A DNA stretch of 58,437 nucleotides, filler included, from Basidiobolus ranarum (taxonomy: Eukaryota): the NCBI GenBank assembly GCA_040143965.1. It is 3 parts of 3 records of this genome, joined end to end, with 100 filler letters (N's around TTAATTAATTAA, not from the genome) between each part and the next. Parts side by side here need not be neighbours in the genome. Positions count along the whole stretch, not along the records: positions 1 to 19,449 come from JASJQH010000249.1; positions 19,550 to 38,984 come from JASJQH010000250.1; 1 more part is not named here. One strand, written 5' to 3'. The position numbers were made by a program, and so were the translations under genes. Positions 13,301-26,441 of this stretch are shown here, in pieces. Position 1 is the first letter of the stretch; each line of letters begins with the position of its first letter. The notes under the pieces are model-generated. The model was given only the letters and a program-made list of their open reading frames with translations. It made no database searches and was not told where the DNA came from.

Positions 13301-14870
13301 ATGAGAAGCTTGATTCGATTCTTGATGGTTAGCGCTTTCGGCGCTAGTATGGTAGCATCTCAACAAAATGGTGGATGTGCCAAAGTGACTGTGCGTAAAG
13401 AGATAAGACAGCTAAGCACCCAGGAATGGGATGACTTTGTAAACGCAGTCAAGGCATTGCACACGGGCCCACCCCCGACAATATATGATAAATTTGTGGA
13501 TATACATCTGCAAAATGTTCCAGTTGCTCACGCCATTCCAGGATTTTTCCCATGGCACCGAATGTTCGTGAAAGCATTTGAACAACAACTCCAACAGATC
13601 AACCCAAATGTTGCCGTCCCATACTGGGTAAGTTCTATTAGTATGCCGATTTTCACTGTCATTAGGACTAAAGGCTTTATGTAGGATTGGCCCTTGGACT
13701 CTCAAGCACCGGAAAAGAGCGTCATATGGAGTACTAAGCACTTTGGATCTAGTGGTGACGCTAGTTGCGTCTCAGACGGACCTTTTGCTGGTTGGATTAT
13801 GAATACGCCCCAACCTCATTGCTTACGTAGAAAATGGAATAAAGGAAAGCAAATCAGTGCACTTTACCCACCGGAATTGCTGTCAAGGATCTTAAACGAA
13901 GCCAAAAGTTACTCGGAATTTCGGACTGCTATTGAGGCTGCTCCTCACGGTTTAGTGCATGTCAACATTGGAAGTGATGGGGGTGATCTCAGCACCATGT
14001 GGAGTCCCAACGAGTATGTATTCATTTGAATCACCAAATCCAATGAAGATTATTAAACTTTCTTTCGTGTTACACAGTCCTATTTTCTGGGTCCATCACG
14101 CATTTGTAGATAAGATTTGGACGGATTTCCAACTGCTCAAACCAGATGTAGCCGGTACTTACGATGGCAAGGATAAATCCAATCGTACAGTCACGCTAAA
14201 CGATATTGTGACACCGTTCAATGTTCGGGTTAGCGATGTTTTAAATACCAACAACTCACCACTATGCTATCGTTATACCAATCCTCTACTGACTACACGT
14301 GGATATGTCAAACCGACTGCCACTCAGGCTAACACGGCCACTAACCAACCTGCCAATGGTAATTCAAGGAATACTGCAGGAAAAAAACGTAGTATAGGTC
14401 TTGAACTTGACTGTACTATTGACGCAGACGATCGTTCCGACCAGACCGGACTACGTACGCCACACAGCCTTCCTGACGAGTGGGTAGAAATGATGGAATT
14501 GAATCCAGAACGAGTTAGAGCCATGGAAGATCAATATGCTATATTTATCAACTCCTTGAACGAAGAATCTTCTTATGTCTCCCCTATTTCACTCTCACGT
14601 CATTCGAGTACTATCAAGAAGTTTGTTAACGGGAAAATTGAAACTTTGAATCTTTTCGATGGTATTTCCAAAATTCCTGGACTCAATCTCTCCAGTTTGG
14701 TTAAAATAGGCGAGCCAGTTGTGAAGGTAATTGAACCAGTTGTTAACATCGTGGATGGGTTGTTGAACAATCAAGAGCACCGAGGTAGAAAGGAACAACC
14801 GAGTTTAAACAGTTATAAGACGGAAGATGTTTTAGGAATCAAGCTCGCTGGACTAAACATCGGGCTCTAA
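13301..14870 (+). CDS. Secreted tyrosinase / type-3 di-copper protein, 3 exons
   Basis: Signal-like MRSLIRFLMVSAFGASMVAS; VRKEIRQLS; CuA DIH..AH..FFPWHR; VPYW|DW across an intron (~13628-13684); CuB PHGLVH..SPN(D)PIFWVHHAFVDKIW across an intron (~14014-14077); YRY (YxY) motif. Confidence 0.92.
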
Positions 14871-17442
14871 GTATATATCACAGATACCACAAGTTATACC
14901 TTGTCTTGAATTCCCTTCAACTCCATTTGTTCGCTCAAACATTCAATACCTCTAAAAGAACAACTGTATTCGAGGCAGAGAAATATCAATAGAAGTTTCC
15001 CTTTTCTTTTTCACTCTTGTGAGCTTTCCATGGCAAGTTAACCCACGATTTCTGGGATGCATCACACCTAGCTTAGACTCCCGTTGACACTATTTCAGAA
15101 TGCATGGGACTCTCGCTTTTGACCCTATATTACCCTCTATTTTATTTATAGATATCCCAAATGAAATAAAATCTCTCTTCTATCATTAATACGGCTGTGA
15201 TTTGATTTAGTGTTGACGTGAGATTGCTTGTGCCTAGTGCTCGAGGTTTTGTTGATAAGAATATGGATAGAGCTGTCACGATTGACATTAGTAGGCTTAG
15301 TGTGCTGAACGTATCTGTCAGGATTTGCCATGCTTTATAGTGCGAAGAAATACTTGATAAGCACAGGATCAGCTCTAGCACCATCCACCTTAACGTGTGC
15401 AGGCATGTTCAGGATTACGTGAGAAAAGATAGCGCCCAAGGACTCGGAATTACAGCATCTGCTTGTGCAGCAAACCCGCTGAGTAAATGCTAGAGGTTTC
15501 TTTAGAGTAGAGATATGATTGGTGTGTAGCATAAAAAAAATAGCCGTGCTAGCGGTATGGGATGAGAGAGACAATGGGGGTAAACCAGACGAGGATACTT
15601 TTAGATAGAATCAAGTAAATAAGATATTAAAAATTTTGGTAAGGCTTAGGAGGGATATATGGCTTTAAACGCTAGGAATGGCTAAACCCAAATCCGAAGC
15701 CATCCACTTCTCTCAACAAGCAAGTTACTGGAACTTTGCGATATTCTCCAAGACGGAATTTCCCCACGATATAGAAGCCTGACTTTTGATAAATGGGATT
15801 GTATTTTTCAAAGGTATTTTCAATGTAACAAGGGATCCCTTTGGCATCAGCCTAGTTCGACAATTCAGTTAGGGTTATGATTTGGAATTGAAATTGGTTC
15901 AGTTACATCTTTCTGCGTTACCTGACTTGATATGTATGCAATGATGGCTTGGAGATACTCTACATGTTTGAACATCAGTTTATGTGTATGCAATGGTGAT
16001 AACAAGATTAGATGAGCGATTACCTAAATGATTCCCATCCGGCTTCACACCAATATGTGTAATACGAAAACATGGTCGGTCTCCAACTGCGGTAAATAAA
16101 ACCTCTCTAGCGGACCTAGAATACTCCACATACGCTCTCTACAAAAGATACCACTCAATAAATTTTCCCTATCAAATCAGGTAATAGTTGAACCAAGTTA
16201 CCTTCACGCCTTCCCAACCGGAATGCAGGATCAATTTAAGAAGTCCAGCACGAAACGTTGTCCGTTTGTCATATGCTCTGTTACCGGGGGGAACACTAGT
16301 AAAGCAAGTATTAATACAATATAATAGGTACTGAAATGATATGTATTCACACCTACCATAAAATTACACCTTTGAAATCATCCACTTCATATATATCTCC
16401 TCTGAGAAACCCCGCTTTGGCCAGATATTTGAAGTATTGCTTACGAAACGATTCCCGTTTTTTTTCCTTTTATTTAGAACAAAGAGGTGAGAGTTGGTAC
16501 AAAAGGAGAAACGATATAACGTCTGACATACGCTGTTACCGACAGCTCCAACTATATAATCAACGGTAGGATCTAATGGAAAGAAGAATTATCAAGTATT
16601 AGATATGCATAAATAGGTCACGGATGACTAAGAAAAGTTAATTGTCACCCTTCCAGTAACAGTCGTACAAGCAACTGACTACCTTGTTTAAATCAGCTAA
16701 TTAAGCAAACGTGTAAATTATAAGTCATCTGAAGTGGAATGGTAACGACAAATGTGATGAAATACCTTTTGATACTCGCTTGATACTTAGCTCCGACATA
16801 AATTATTTAACTCAAAGATAAGAGCAACAAGTTATTATACACACAAATAGTATTTTAAAGAATAGGAAGAAGCAGCTGTAGGAATAATTACTAGTGTAAT
16901 AGAGGTTTTTACTAACTCTATTATTGCTCATCGAGAATCATTAAGAACTTTTTTGTTTGATGTATGGATATGTTGTATTCTATTTTATACAACACTTCTT
17001 AACTAACCTTAATTATGGAATTCGCTAATACATTTTGCACGTGAAATATTCGGAGTATGATATATGAGTGATGTATTTGTAATATAAACTTAATGTTAAA
17101 TTTATATCAGGTTGTACATGCAAGTCACGGAGATACAATTCCCCGTGCGTTCGTTCGATAAATAAAATGTAAAAAAGCGTATTTACAACATACTGCACGA
17201 TTTTTTAGGTTGTTTTCCCGCTGATCCAACCGCGACAATTCGATTTTAGTCCCGAGTGCTGATCGAGACTAGGAATTGCTGTGATGTTGCGGCGCAAAAA
17301 CATATTTCTCGGATATATCTACGATTACAACTTGTCACAAGTTTGACTTAATAGGGGTTCAACAATACGCAAATTTATTTGATAAACTACTTTGTTAGAG
17401 TGGGTTGATTCTTCTAAAAAATCAAAGCACCTGGAAAATACA

Positions 17443-18162
<720 letters not shown>

Positions 18163-18567
18163 TTATTAGCGGAAGGTAAGTGTAGATGTGAGTATAGGAG
18201 AGATTTCCTGGACTGGATGAACAGACGGACCCTTTTATCAAGCTCAATAACAAAACCCATAGGATCGGGAGACCACAATATCTGATGAGTAATACATATA
18301 TTCCCCCTAACTTACCTTCAATTGGACCAATGATATGGATTACATTACGCCATTATCGAATGGATGAATGCTAGAAACCTGCAAAACGCAGGTCATTTGA
18401 AGGGACTGCATTCAGTTATCAGCACTAGATCAGCATCAAAACAGCGGACTAATTCTAAATATTCACACAATTTAAAACTCAAGGAGGGGTCAAATAATAT
18501 GGGTTTTACCTGATCATTCGATTGAGAGGATTTAAATATACTCTGTTTAAACCATAAACAATTGGTT

Positions 18568-19449
18568 TCACCCAAACACATCATTGCTTCGCAGTGATCT
18601 CGGAAACGAGTAAGGACGAGTCATCATCCCTGTCGCATCAATATTTCCAGGAAGAAATGTAGTGAACAGATGGGCGTGCTCGGGAACCATCTGATTTGAC
18701 CGGTATATTGCATATAAACACCAGAAACTTGTTTTGTGGCCTTCTGCATTAAACGCAATTCCTTTCATCACTTCATAAAGCTTGCTTTCATTGGGGAGGG
18801 GGATCTTGGTCAAGATCTCAGTTACCAATGACTGTGTCTGGATGGTAACTAATTTTAGTGAGCTGGAGCATGATCTGAATATCCATTCTTTCTTGTTATT
18901 ATTAATCAGCCTTGTGCGTTCTATCCATGGCTTTAACCCCACTACGTTTATTGCACAGAGGTATATCTCTACCACATGAAATGGCATAGCTCCACGTTGA
19001 CTACTTTGGCCATAATTAGACGCCACAATAGCTGATGATTAATGCAGATATGGGGTTGAAAAACACAGGTAATGAGAGTCGCTGGCCATACCCATTGGCC
19101 CCTATAAGCAGTCATGAGAAAGATCACTCAAGTCCAAGTCGAAGGAGGATTATGTGTCACGTTGGATTGTTCCATTTTATAGTAATACATAATACTGGCT
19201 GTATGCTAAATATAATTTAAAAAATATATGACCCATCTAAGCCAAGGTCCACTAACCCCTGGCATGATGCAACCTGAATATTGAAGAGATTATAGCATAC
19301 AATGAGAATCAAAAAGAGCTGATGCTGATTGATCACAACAGAGTCGTCAGATACAGCAACCATCGGCCATGCTCAAATAGAGTAATGATGATTCTTGAAC
19401 CCCATCGCCAACTAGATTAAGATCTATGGCAGTATCCAAGACATTGTAT
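18568..19449 (-). other. Possible gene fragment or decayed coding sequence at the contig end, unidentified
   Basis: 152-codon open frame (18568-19026) plus upstream exon-like pieces, but no recognisable motif; truncated by the gap. Confidence 0.2.
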
Positions 19450-19549
19450 NNNNNNNNNNNNNNNNNNNNNNNNNNNNNNNNNNNNNNNNNNNNTTAATTA
19501 ATTAANNNNNNNNNNNNNNNNNNNNNNNNNNNNNNNNNNNNNNNNNNNN
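19450..19549. other. Artificial contig-join spacer
   Basis: 100-nt N run with central TTAATTAATTAA (stops in all six frames). Confidence 0.97.
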
Positions 19550-19551
19550 AC

Positions 19552-19719
19552 TCTGAAGCCCAAAAGGATGAGATCATCCTTTCCGGAAACTCCCTTGAGA
19601 ATGTATCTCAATCCGCTGCTTCTATTCAACAATCTACCAGAGTCAAGAACAAGGATATTCGTAAGTTCTTGGATGGTATCTATGTCTCCGAAAAGGGCAA
19701 CATTGTTAAGGACGAATAA
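19552..19719 (+). CDS. RPL9: 60S ribosomal protein L9 (uL6), 3' fragment; 5' part lost in the gap
   Basis: Manual translation [55 protein letters not shown]; contains the [13 protein letters not shown] signature. Followed by AATAAA. Absent from the ORF track. Confidence 0.95.
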   Translation, partial: SEAQKDEIILSGNSLENVSQSAASIQQSTRVKNKDIRKFLDGIYVSEKGNIVKDE

Positions 19720-20611
19720 GTCGATATCCTTGCTTTAGGCTAATTCTTTCAATAATAAAGCAATTCTTCACCTTAACTTTTCTCATTACTTCGATGGTAA
19801 CATTGGATGGTTTGTAGTTGATTTCTTGCTCAAAAAGTTGATTAACAACGAGCCAAGGTTGGGTTGGAACCAACCCATCCTGTTTGTTGAGTTGGGTAGG
19901 TCTGATTCGCTGATTCGAGCGTAGAGAGAGAATTGATACAGTAGTACTTCATGCTACGCCAGTGTTCTTGCTTGTTATCTGCTCTTCCACATTATTTTTA
20001 ACAATACTTGTTTATTTAGAAGAATTTGGACTAGTTACATATATCATTAAAAGCTAGCTATTTAGCCTATCACCGTTTCTTGACAAAAATGATCTTCATG
20101 AAAAAAAGAGGGCTCGTACATAAGACAAAAAAGTGGATTTTTTCAAGTCAATCTCGTTACATTGGACACGGTAACATAATGATTACCATATGTTTCCAAG
20201 TGAACGAGGCTTGTGGGAAACGTAGCCAGATGGCTTTTACCATACTATATCTCGTTCGTTAGTTAAATCTCTTATTCTAAGTCCAAACAGTGATATTATC
20301 AAAATTTTAAATATACCCATATTCAACAGCAAATACTGGGTTTCTGAGCTAGCTCTCCGTGTTTTCAGTTCATTTTCGAATATATGAGATTTGTCAAGTT
20401 AGTTAGAATATAACAAAATATCGAAAATGAATTTTTTTTTTGATTTTTCCAATCCCAAAGATTTGGGTATTTACTTTTTTTAGAGTTATTGTGTGGCCGC
20501 GCATTCTGGTCCAATAGCAAAACTACTTCGTATTGGGCTGAATTATTGACCAGCTTATATAGAAAACCTTCCTTTGTTAGTTGATATCTCCAAGTACGGA
20601 TTGCTTTCAAC

Positions 20612-21764
20612 ATGGCTACCGAAACCATTTCCGTTGCTACCGAGGAAGTACCAATATTGTATAGAATAGAGTCATTAGAGAAAACATGGACTCGTGCTTT
20701 AAAGCAAAATACCAACTTAAAAGACATAGTTGCACGACAATTAAAAGTTCCAGATTTCTACCTTAGTAGAAGTAGTAATACTTTTTATTTAGGTATACAT
20801 ATAAACACTACCAATATTATTTTTTTTGCGTACTTTGAAAATAGCTAACCGTATCGTTATCTTCCATTTCATTTTCTATTAAGGTACCAGCCGAAAGGAT
20901 TCTCTTCGTCATTTACTCTTTTCTAAAGAGATTTATTTGGAGGTGAAAAAGAGTATAGAGTCGTTAATAGAGGAGAATTTACCCTCAGTTCGCTTGACTG
21001 AGACATGTAGGGAGGTGGAAAAAGTGGAGATAGACAGCCGGCCAACTTACTACCGTTTGCTAAAAGGTCTCTCGAAGCACAACAAGAATACCAAAAGGCT
21101 TGAACAAGAGCGTCATACCCTACTTTCCTTAGGAAAGGCACAGAAAGCAATTGACCAAAAAAAGTACATGTTTTTTGCTATCGATGTAGAATCATACGAG
21201 GCGAATCACTCACTCATCACTGAAGTAGGATGGACAATGTACAATTCAGTCAAGAATACATTCTTAGATAAGCATTACATCGTACGCGAGAATCTACATC
21301 TACGCAACGGAAAATACGTAGCTGATAATAAGGAGCAGTTCACATTTGGAAAGTCAACATACACTTCATTATTAAATACGGCTGCCATGCTAGAAGCGGA
21401 TTGGGATAGCGGGTATCCAACTATTTTGGTAGGCCATGATATCAAGAATGACTTGGAATACTTGAGAAAGATGGGTGCCCAAATGTCGGAACCTAGCGAG
21501 ACTTTTGATACGTCGAATTTATATATGGCGTTGACGAAGAATAAGCAAAGGCGAAAGCTATCCAGAATCTTAGATGAGTTCGGTATTGAACATGGTTTTT
21601 TACATAATGCTGGTGAGTCTTTCATTATAATCTTGATCTATTGAGCCGATGTTTACTTCTGCGTTTTTGAAGGGAATGATGCACATTATACGATGGAGGC
21701 GTTTCTAGCGATGATTCGATCAACTCGTCCATGCGGCGAGTCCTCGAAAGCACACAGCTTGTAG
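20612..21764 (+). CDS. DEDDh 3'-5' exonuclease, Gfd2/YDR514C/QIP-like family, 3 exons
   Basis: FFAIDVESYE..ITEVGW; HLRNGKYV..F.FG.S; ILVGHDIKNDLEYL; FDT..LY; LHNAG|NDAHYTM across an intron (~21613-21672); first intron ~20793-20883 keeps the frame. Confidence 0.85.
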
Positions 21765-23469
21765 TACATTTCCCTATACGACAGACCAATGTAGACATAG
21801 TATAGGTTATAATTCTGCTGGTAACAATCTTATGTTACACTACATGTGACGTGGGGCAACTGTGCAAATCCAAGGTATTTTTAATTGCAGAGCCGGTACA
21901 TCGCGGATGTAGTATAAGCCACCTGTTATTCGCGTCGGATCCCTTGTTTCTCGAATTAAGCAAGTCATGGTCCTTTGCAACATTGAAGCTTTCTTACGAT
22001 AAATATTCCCAAACATTTATAAAGAAATTTCTAATTATCATGAACGTCTTCAACCTAGCATGACTTTCCCCCACCATCTGCTAATGTGCAATTTTTGATA
22101 TGGATCGGTATTACAGTCATTACTTTAATATGATTATTTAGACACGGAATCTACTCTGTAATCAGTGTAGGACGAGCTTTCCGAGTAACCGTGTTCTTCC
22201 TGTTCGCTCAGACAAGCCTGAAGATATGTGACACATGTCCTTTTTGGGAATACTTGGAATAATTAGAAATCAAGCACTTTGTTAACTACTCCAGCGTAGA
22301 GCAAGGTAAAGCTACTTAAGAAGCGGTAGTGATAATTGGCTACGAAGGAGCATCGATTAATGAGGAAAACAATGACTTTAAAATTGTTTACGTGCGCTAT
22401 GGTAGCACCCCAGTTAAGCTACGAATCCAAAGCTAAACGAGGCAAGCTATGTTCATTGATCTGTATCCAATTATCTTCATGATTGACTTGATTATCTCGT
22501 TAATGATTTGCAGATAGTACTTTTTAATGCCCTTATTGACATATCCGATTACACCAGGAAACTCAAGTGGCTTAGATTCTTATGGGCAGAAGAGAATGTT
22601 TGATAATACCAAGAGGTAACAAATTATCCCGAGGATTTTTCGTACTGTTTTTGCTACCCCCGCTTACCCTCAAATGCAATGGACCCTCATCCTCTCTTGA
22701 GCACATTTCTTTGTCTCAAGTGTGATTCAGACGGCGCTATTTAAGGGAGGCTTTGCTATGAAAAGTGATCAAAGAGGCTCGTGCTGAATCTAATCTAATT
22801 CAGGATTTTTAACTTACATTGTGTCTAAGTATTGCCCAGGATTCGATTTAACTAGACAGTTTAAGGTTTGGATAGTTGGTACGACAATCAGCGCAAACGA
22901 CCAATAACCAAATATGATGATTGTTTTCACAAACTACAATCAAATTAAGCATGACTGTTTGGTCTTTTTGGGCTCTATCATTGAATCCCAGGTATGCAGG
23001 AAAAGTGAACGCTTCCAAGGTTATAATAATAGTAAAGTTATATATGATAGGGGTTTATACCATCCTACGCATCTTTGGTACATTTTCATTCTTGGTTAGA
23101 TCAGCAAACATGTCTGCAAGAACATCTTTCCCTAAACATTCACTGACTCTGGTGCCTCATTGCTGCATCATGATTTACTATTAATCATTGCCCTCCCTGA
23201 TACCATTATTGATTCTGGTATCAGTTGAGAATACTGGAGGTATTGGTTCCAGTAGTACCAAATGGGTGATTTTAACCAAGGTTTATTAAAGAATTTGGGA
23301 GTATTTTAAAGGGATAAGATCCATTGTTATCTATTCATTTCCAAATAAACCGACATACATTCAATATTTAACAAGCCATTAATCAAGAGTATCTAAAAGT
23401 AGCAACTCCTAACGCAGAATTGATATACCCATTGAAAAGTGTATGAAGGAGCAAACAAACCATTCTTGG

Positions 23470-23914
23470 TTAACCAAAGACCGACTTGGTTCCATTCAAA
23501 GTTGAAGCTTTAGACGGTTCTTGTTTCAAATTCTTCGTCAACTTCTGACCCGAGTTGGTTGCTTTCATTTTGGAGTCAGGCTTGTGGAGCCACTGGTGTT
23601 GAAGTGAGGTAGTCATACGAATTACTAAATATGAAGTCCAGTTACGGTCTTGAATAGAGAGAAGAATATCTACAAAGTCGAAATAGCTTACCATCCATCT
23701 TGTGGACTCTTTCGGCCTGTTCGGATATAGGGGCTGGAGATGGTGAAGTTAGGTGAATTGGTTTGTTCGTAATTGTTAGTTTCACAAGTGGAATTAAACT
23801 ATATCAACGTCACGTCCAACGTGGTGAGCTTGTTCAGAAAAGAAATAAAAAGACATACGGAAGGGAAAAGTTTATGTCGATGTAACTAAGAAAGTTATTG
23901 CCCAGCCAAAGCAT
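23470..23914 (-). CDS. Putative small spliced protein (about 53-105 aa depending on start), unknown function
   Basis: Two canonical introns (GTATGT..ATATAG ~23858-23799; GTAAGC..ATTTAG ~23691-23625) join an open frame MLWLGNN..KMDVIRMTTSLQHQWLHKPDSK..SVFG*. Confidence 0.4.
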
Positions 23915-24219
23915 GGGAATTGGTTAGCAAGACCGTCAGTAAAAGTGAAAGAAATACACGTGAAAGATTGGAATCCAAAAAATACAGTTCCACTCCCTTT
24001 TTATTGCATGGATTTTTAACTCAGTCACAACGGTTCTTATAATTAATGGGAATCTCTCTTGCGTTCAATAATACATTTAAACCAATCAGTATGTATTCCA
24101 GAGGCGTGAAACACAGCTTTAACTAATCAATGCATATGAGAAAGTGAAGGAGATCAATGCAGGGCCAGGTAAAAGTTTATTATGCTACAATAATCAATCA
24201 ATTATAAAGAAACGAGAGG

Positions 24220-26243
24220 TCAGTCTTTCTCACCAGTAATCATTTGAGTCAAGACAGCCAATTTATCCTTGTTAATACCAAGAGGCTCAAGTAATTCCTG
24301 GATGCTGGATGAAGCCTTCTCCATCTCATAATGGAGCAAAGTCGAGCCCTTTGAGATTCTAGTGCAAAAGCAACAGTTAAGAGAGTGTAGGTTTACTTGG
24401 AGAATGAATTAAGTATCTTACGCTTCTAAAAATATCGTACAGAGAAGTATATCCTCGGCGGGATCTAAAACAGCCATGGATTCATCGAGAATAAAGGTTC
24501 CCATAAGCCCTATAAGCTCATTTTCTACAGAAACGTTTATGCGGTATTCTACTCGGTGGTATTGGTTAATTTTGGTAAACATGAGTTTAGGGAGAGAAAT
24601 TAAACTTACCTGCACGTAAAGCCGACATTCTTAGGTAAAAGAAAAAGAGAATTAAATAAGATTTCTCATAATAAGAACTGGGAAAATAAAATTAAGCATA
24701 CGTTGAGATAATTTTTTCACTCAATATGTTCTGTCGGAGTAAGTTACGATGTTCCTCGTCAGAATTGGTCGAAAGATAACATCTAGGCGATGATTTTTCA
24801 TTTTTCAAACTTTTAATGAATTGCCGAGTCTCGGTTGTAACGCATTTGTCCAGGAATGTCCACATTTTTCCAAAGAGAGAAAGATGCATTGTAGGCTTGG
24901 GCTTCTTTTCCTTCTTGCGAGAAGTGCTTGATGCTTTTTTGGGTTTTTTCTCTACCGATTCTAGGAGTTGACATTGTGAGCAATAGTCAGCAAAATTAAC
25001 AGTTTCTTAAACCTACTTGTACTTGCGTTCACATTATCGCTTATCTCCATTTCAGCAAGCTGGCGAGCTAGATCTGCCTGTTCAAAAATGTTATCGATAT
25101 CCGTATCACGTTCGAGAACATCGGTGCCGGACGGAATTGGTGCTTTCGGCTTGGGAAGGATGTCAGTTGTGGGTGTTTTGCTCTTGCCACCTGTCTGGAT
25201 ACAGAAACCATCGACGGCATCAAAGTTTGACCCATCTAAGCGTAAATTCTGAGCCAAGGCATTCCTCTCCTGCTCTGATGGGTCATTCTCCTTGATTACA
25301 AGTCCATCTTGTGGAAGATCAAGAGTGCCTATCATACTCTTTACATAGTTTGAAAGTAACTCTTGTCCTAGACCTTCTTGGGTTGCTAACGGCAAATCTA
25401 CAGAACTAACATATGCCACAATCATCAATTATCAACTGTAACTTGATATATAAACATTGTAGCTTGAAAATAAATCATCTTGTACCTTGCACTGTGTCCT
25501 AAAGGAATCACTTTGATATTTTCCCATCTAAGAAAGTTTGAATTTGGATAAATAGCCAAACATAAGTATCATATATATTCTATTTCATACTTCTCTAAAT
25601 CTCTGAAATAGACCGCTTCACCGGACAGTTGTGAGTGATAGAATTTTGCGGCAGTCATACATAAACCACTACAATAAGACTTCAACTCTGTCACATCATA
25701 TAACTTTCTTTCTCCTAATGAAATATGATATTTTCCTTTGACATCCTAAGAAATTGTTAGCAGTCTATTTTAGGGGAATTTCGGTGGTAGGATCTTCACC
25801 TGACAAGGCCGAGAACATAGAGGATATCCACAAAGAAATTCGGAATTTCTCTCCTCGACAATCTCTTCAAAATGAACAGGTTGAAAGAATTTTGCCTTCA
25901 GTGAAAGAAAGGTTAATCTACTGCTACTTATGTTGGCGAGAATAAATTTAGTTATTCATACCCCTTCAGCGAGTAATTCAGGTTGAACTCCTGGGGCAAA
26001 CATCTTTTCTTGCCATTGCATTATCGTCAACTCGATGTGACGTTTAAGTTCAAAATTGGATTTTTCGATCTTTTGTCGACGATTTAGATTTTCAGGTGCT
26101 TGTTTGGTCTTGGCTATATCCTCTTTAGCTTTCTTTTTTTGTGGAAGAGGGACAAAGTTGTGAGTGTTTGGAGGATTTTTTGGTGCCGCATACTCTGTCT
26201 CTGGCCTTGGAGAGCCTTTACTCTTTTGGTTTTCAAGGTCCAT
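24220..26243 (-). CDS. RTR1: RNA polymerase II CTD phosphatase RPAP2/Rtr1 homologue, multi-exon
   Basis: Exon 2 reads EEIVEERNSEFLCGYPLCS..KGKYHISLGERKVYDVTELKSYCSGLCMTAAKFYHSQL, the RTR1-type zinc finger. RPAP2-like C-terminal LSLFGKMWTFLDKCVT. Last exon ends ..QMITGEKD* at 24220. Confidence 0.88.
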
Positions 26244-26441
26244 GTAGCTGAAGATCTAATAAATGGAAGAAAGAACTAAGGCTAGGTGTACTTGACAATC
26301 TAAAGCTATGGTCACTGAGATTATGTAATAAATTCAATAATTATTTGATCGATTTATCCGGAAACTTGTGTGAGACAATTGGATTAAATTTTTTTGAATT
26401 ACAAATACAATCATTGTGCCATTGATATCCAAGCCTTTAGA

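Noticed and set aside
17230-17292. Hairpin as a SECIS, hammerhead ribozyme or tRNA
   Set aside because: No AUGA/GA core with apical AA, no CUGANGA..GAAA core, no cloverleaf, and no in-frame TGA gene nearby; kept only as a generic structure.
18286-18292. TTACTCA (Yap1/AP-1-like site) in the ubiquitin promoter
   Set aside because: A single 7-mer in AT-rich DNA is not enough evidence.
18355-18378. Three GAA units upstream of polyubiquitin as a heat-shock element
   Set aside because: Period is 8 nt, fitting neither alternating nGAAn nor step-type HSE spacing.
19450-19549. TTAATTAATTAA palindrome inside N runs (also 38985-39084)
   Set aside because: Assembly linker with six-frame stops, not biology. 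It also invalidates synteny arguments across the joins.
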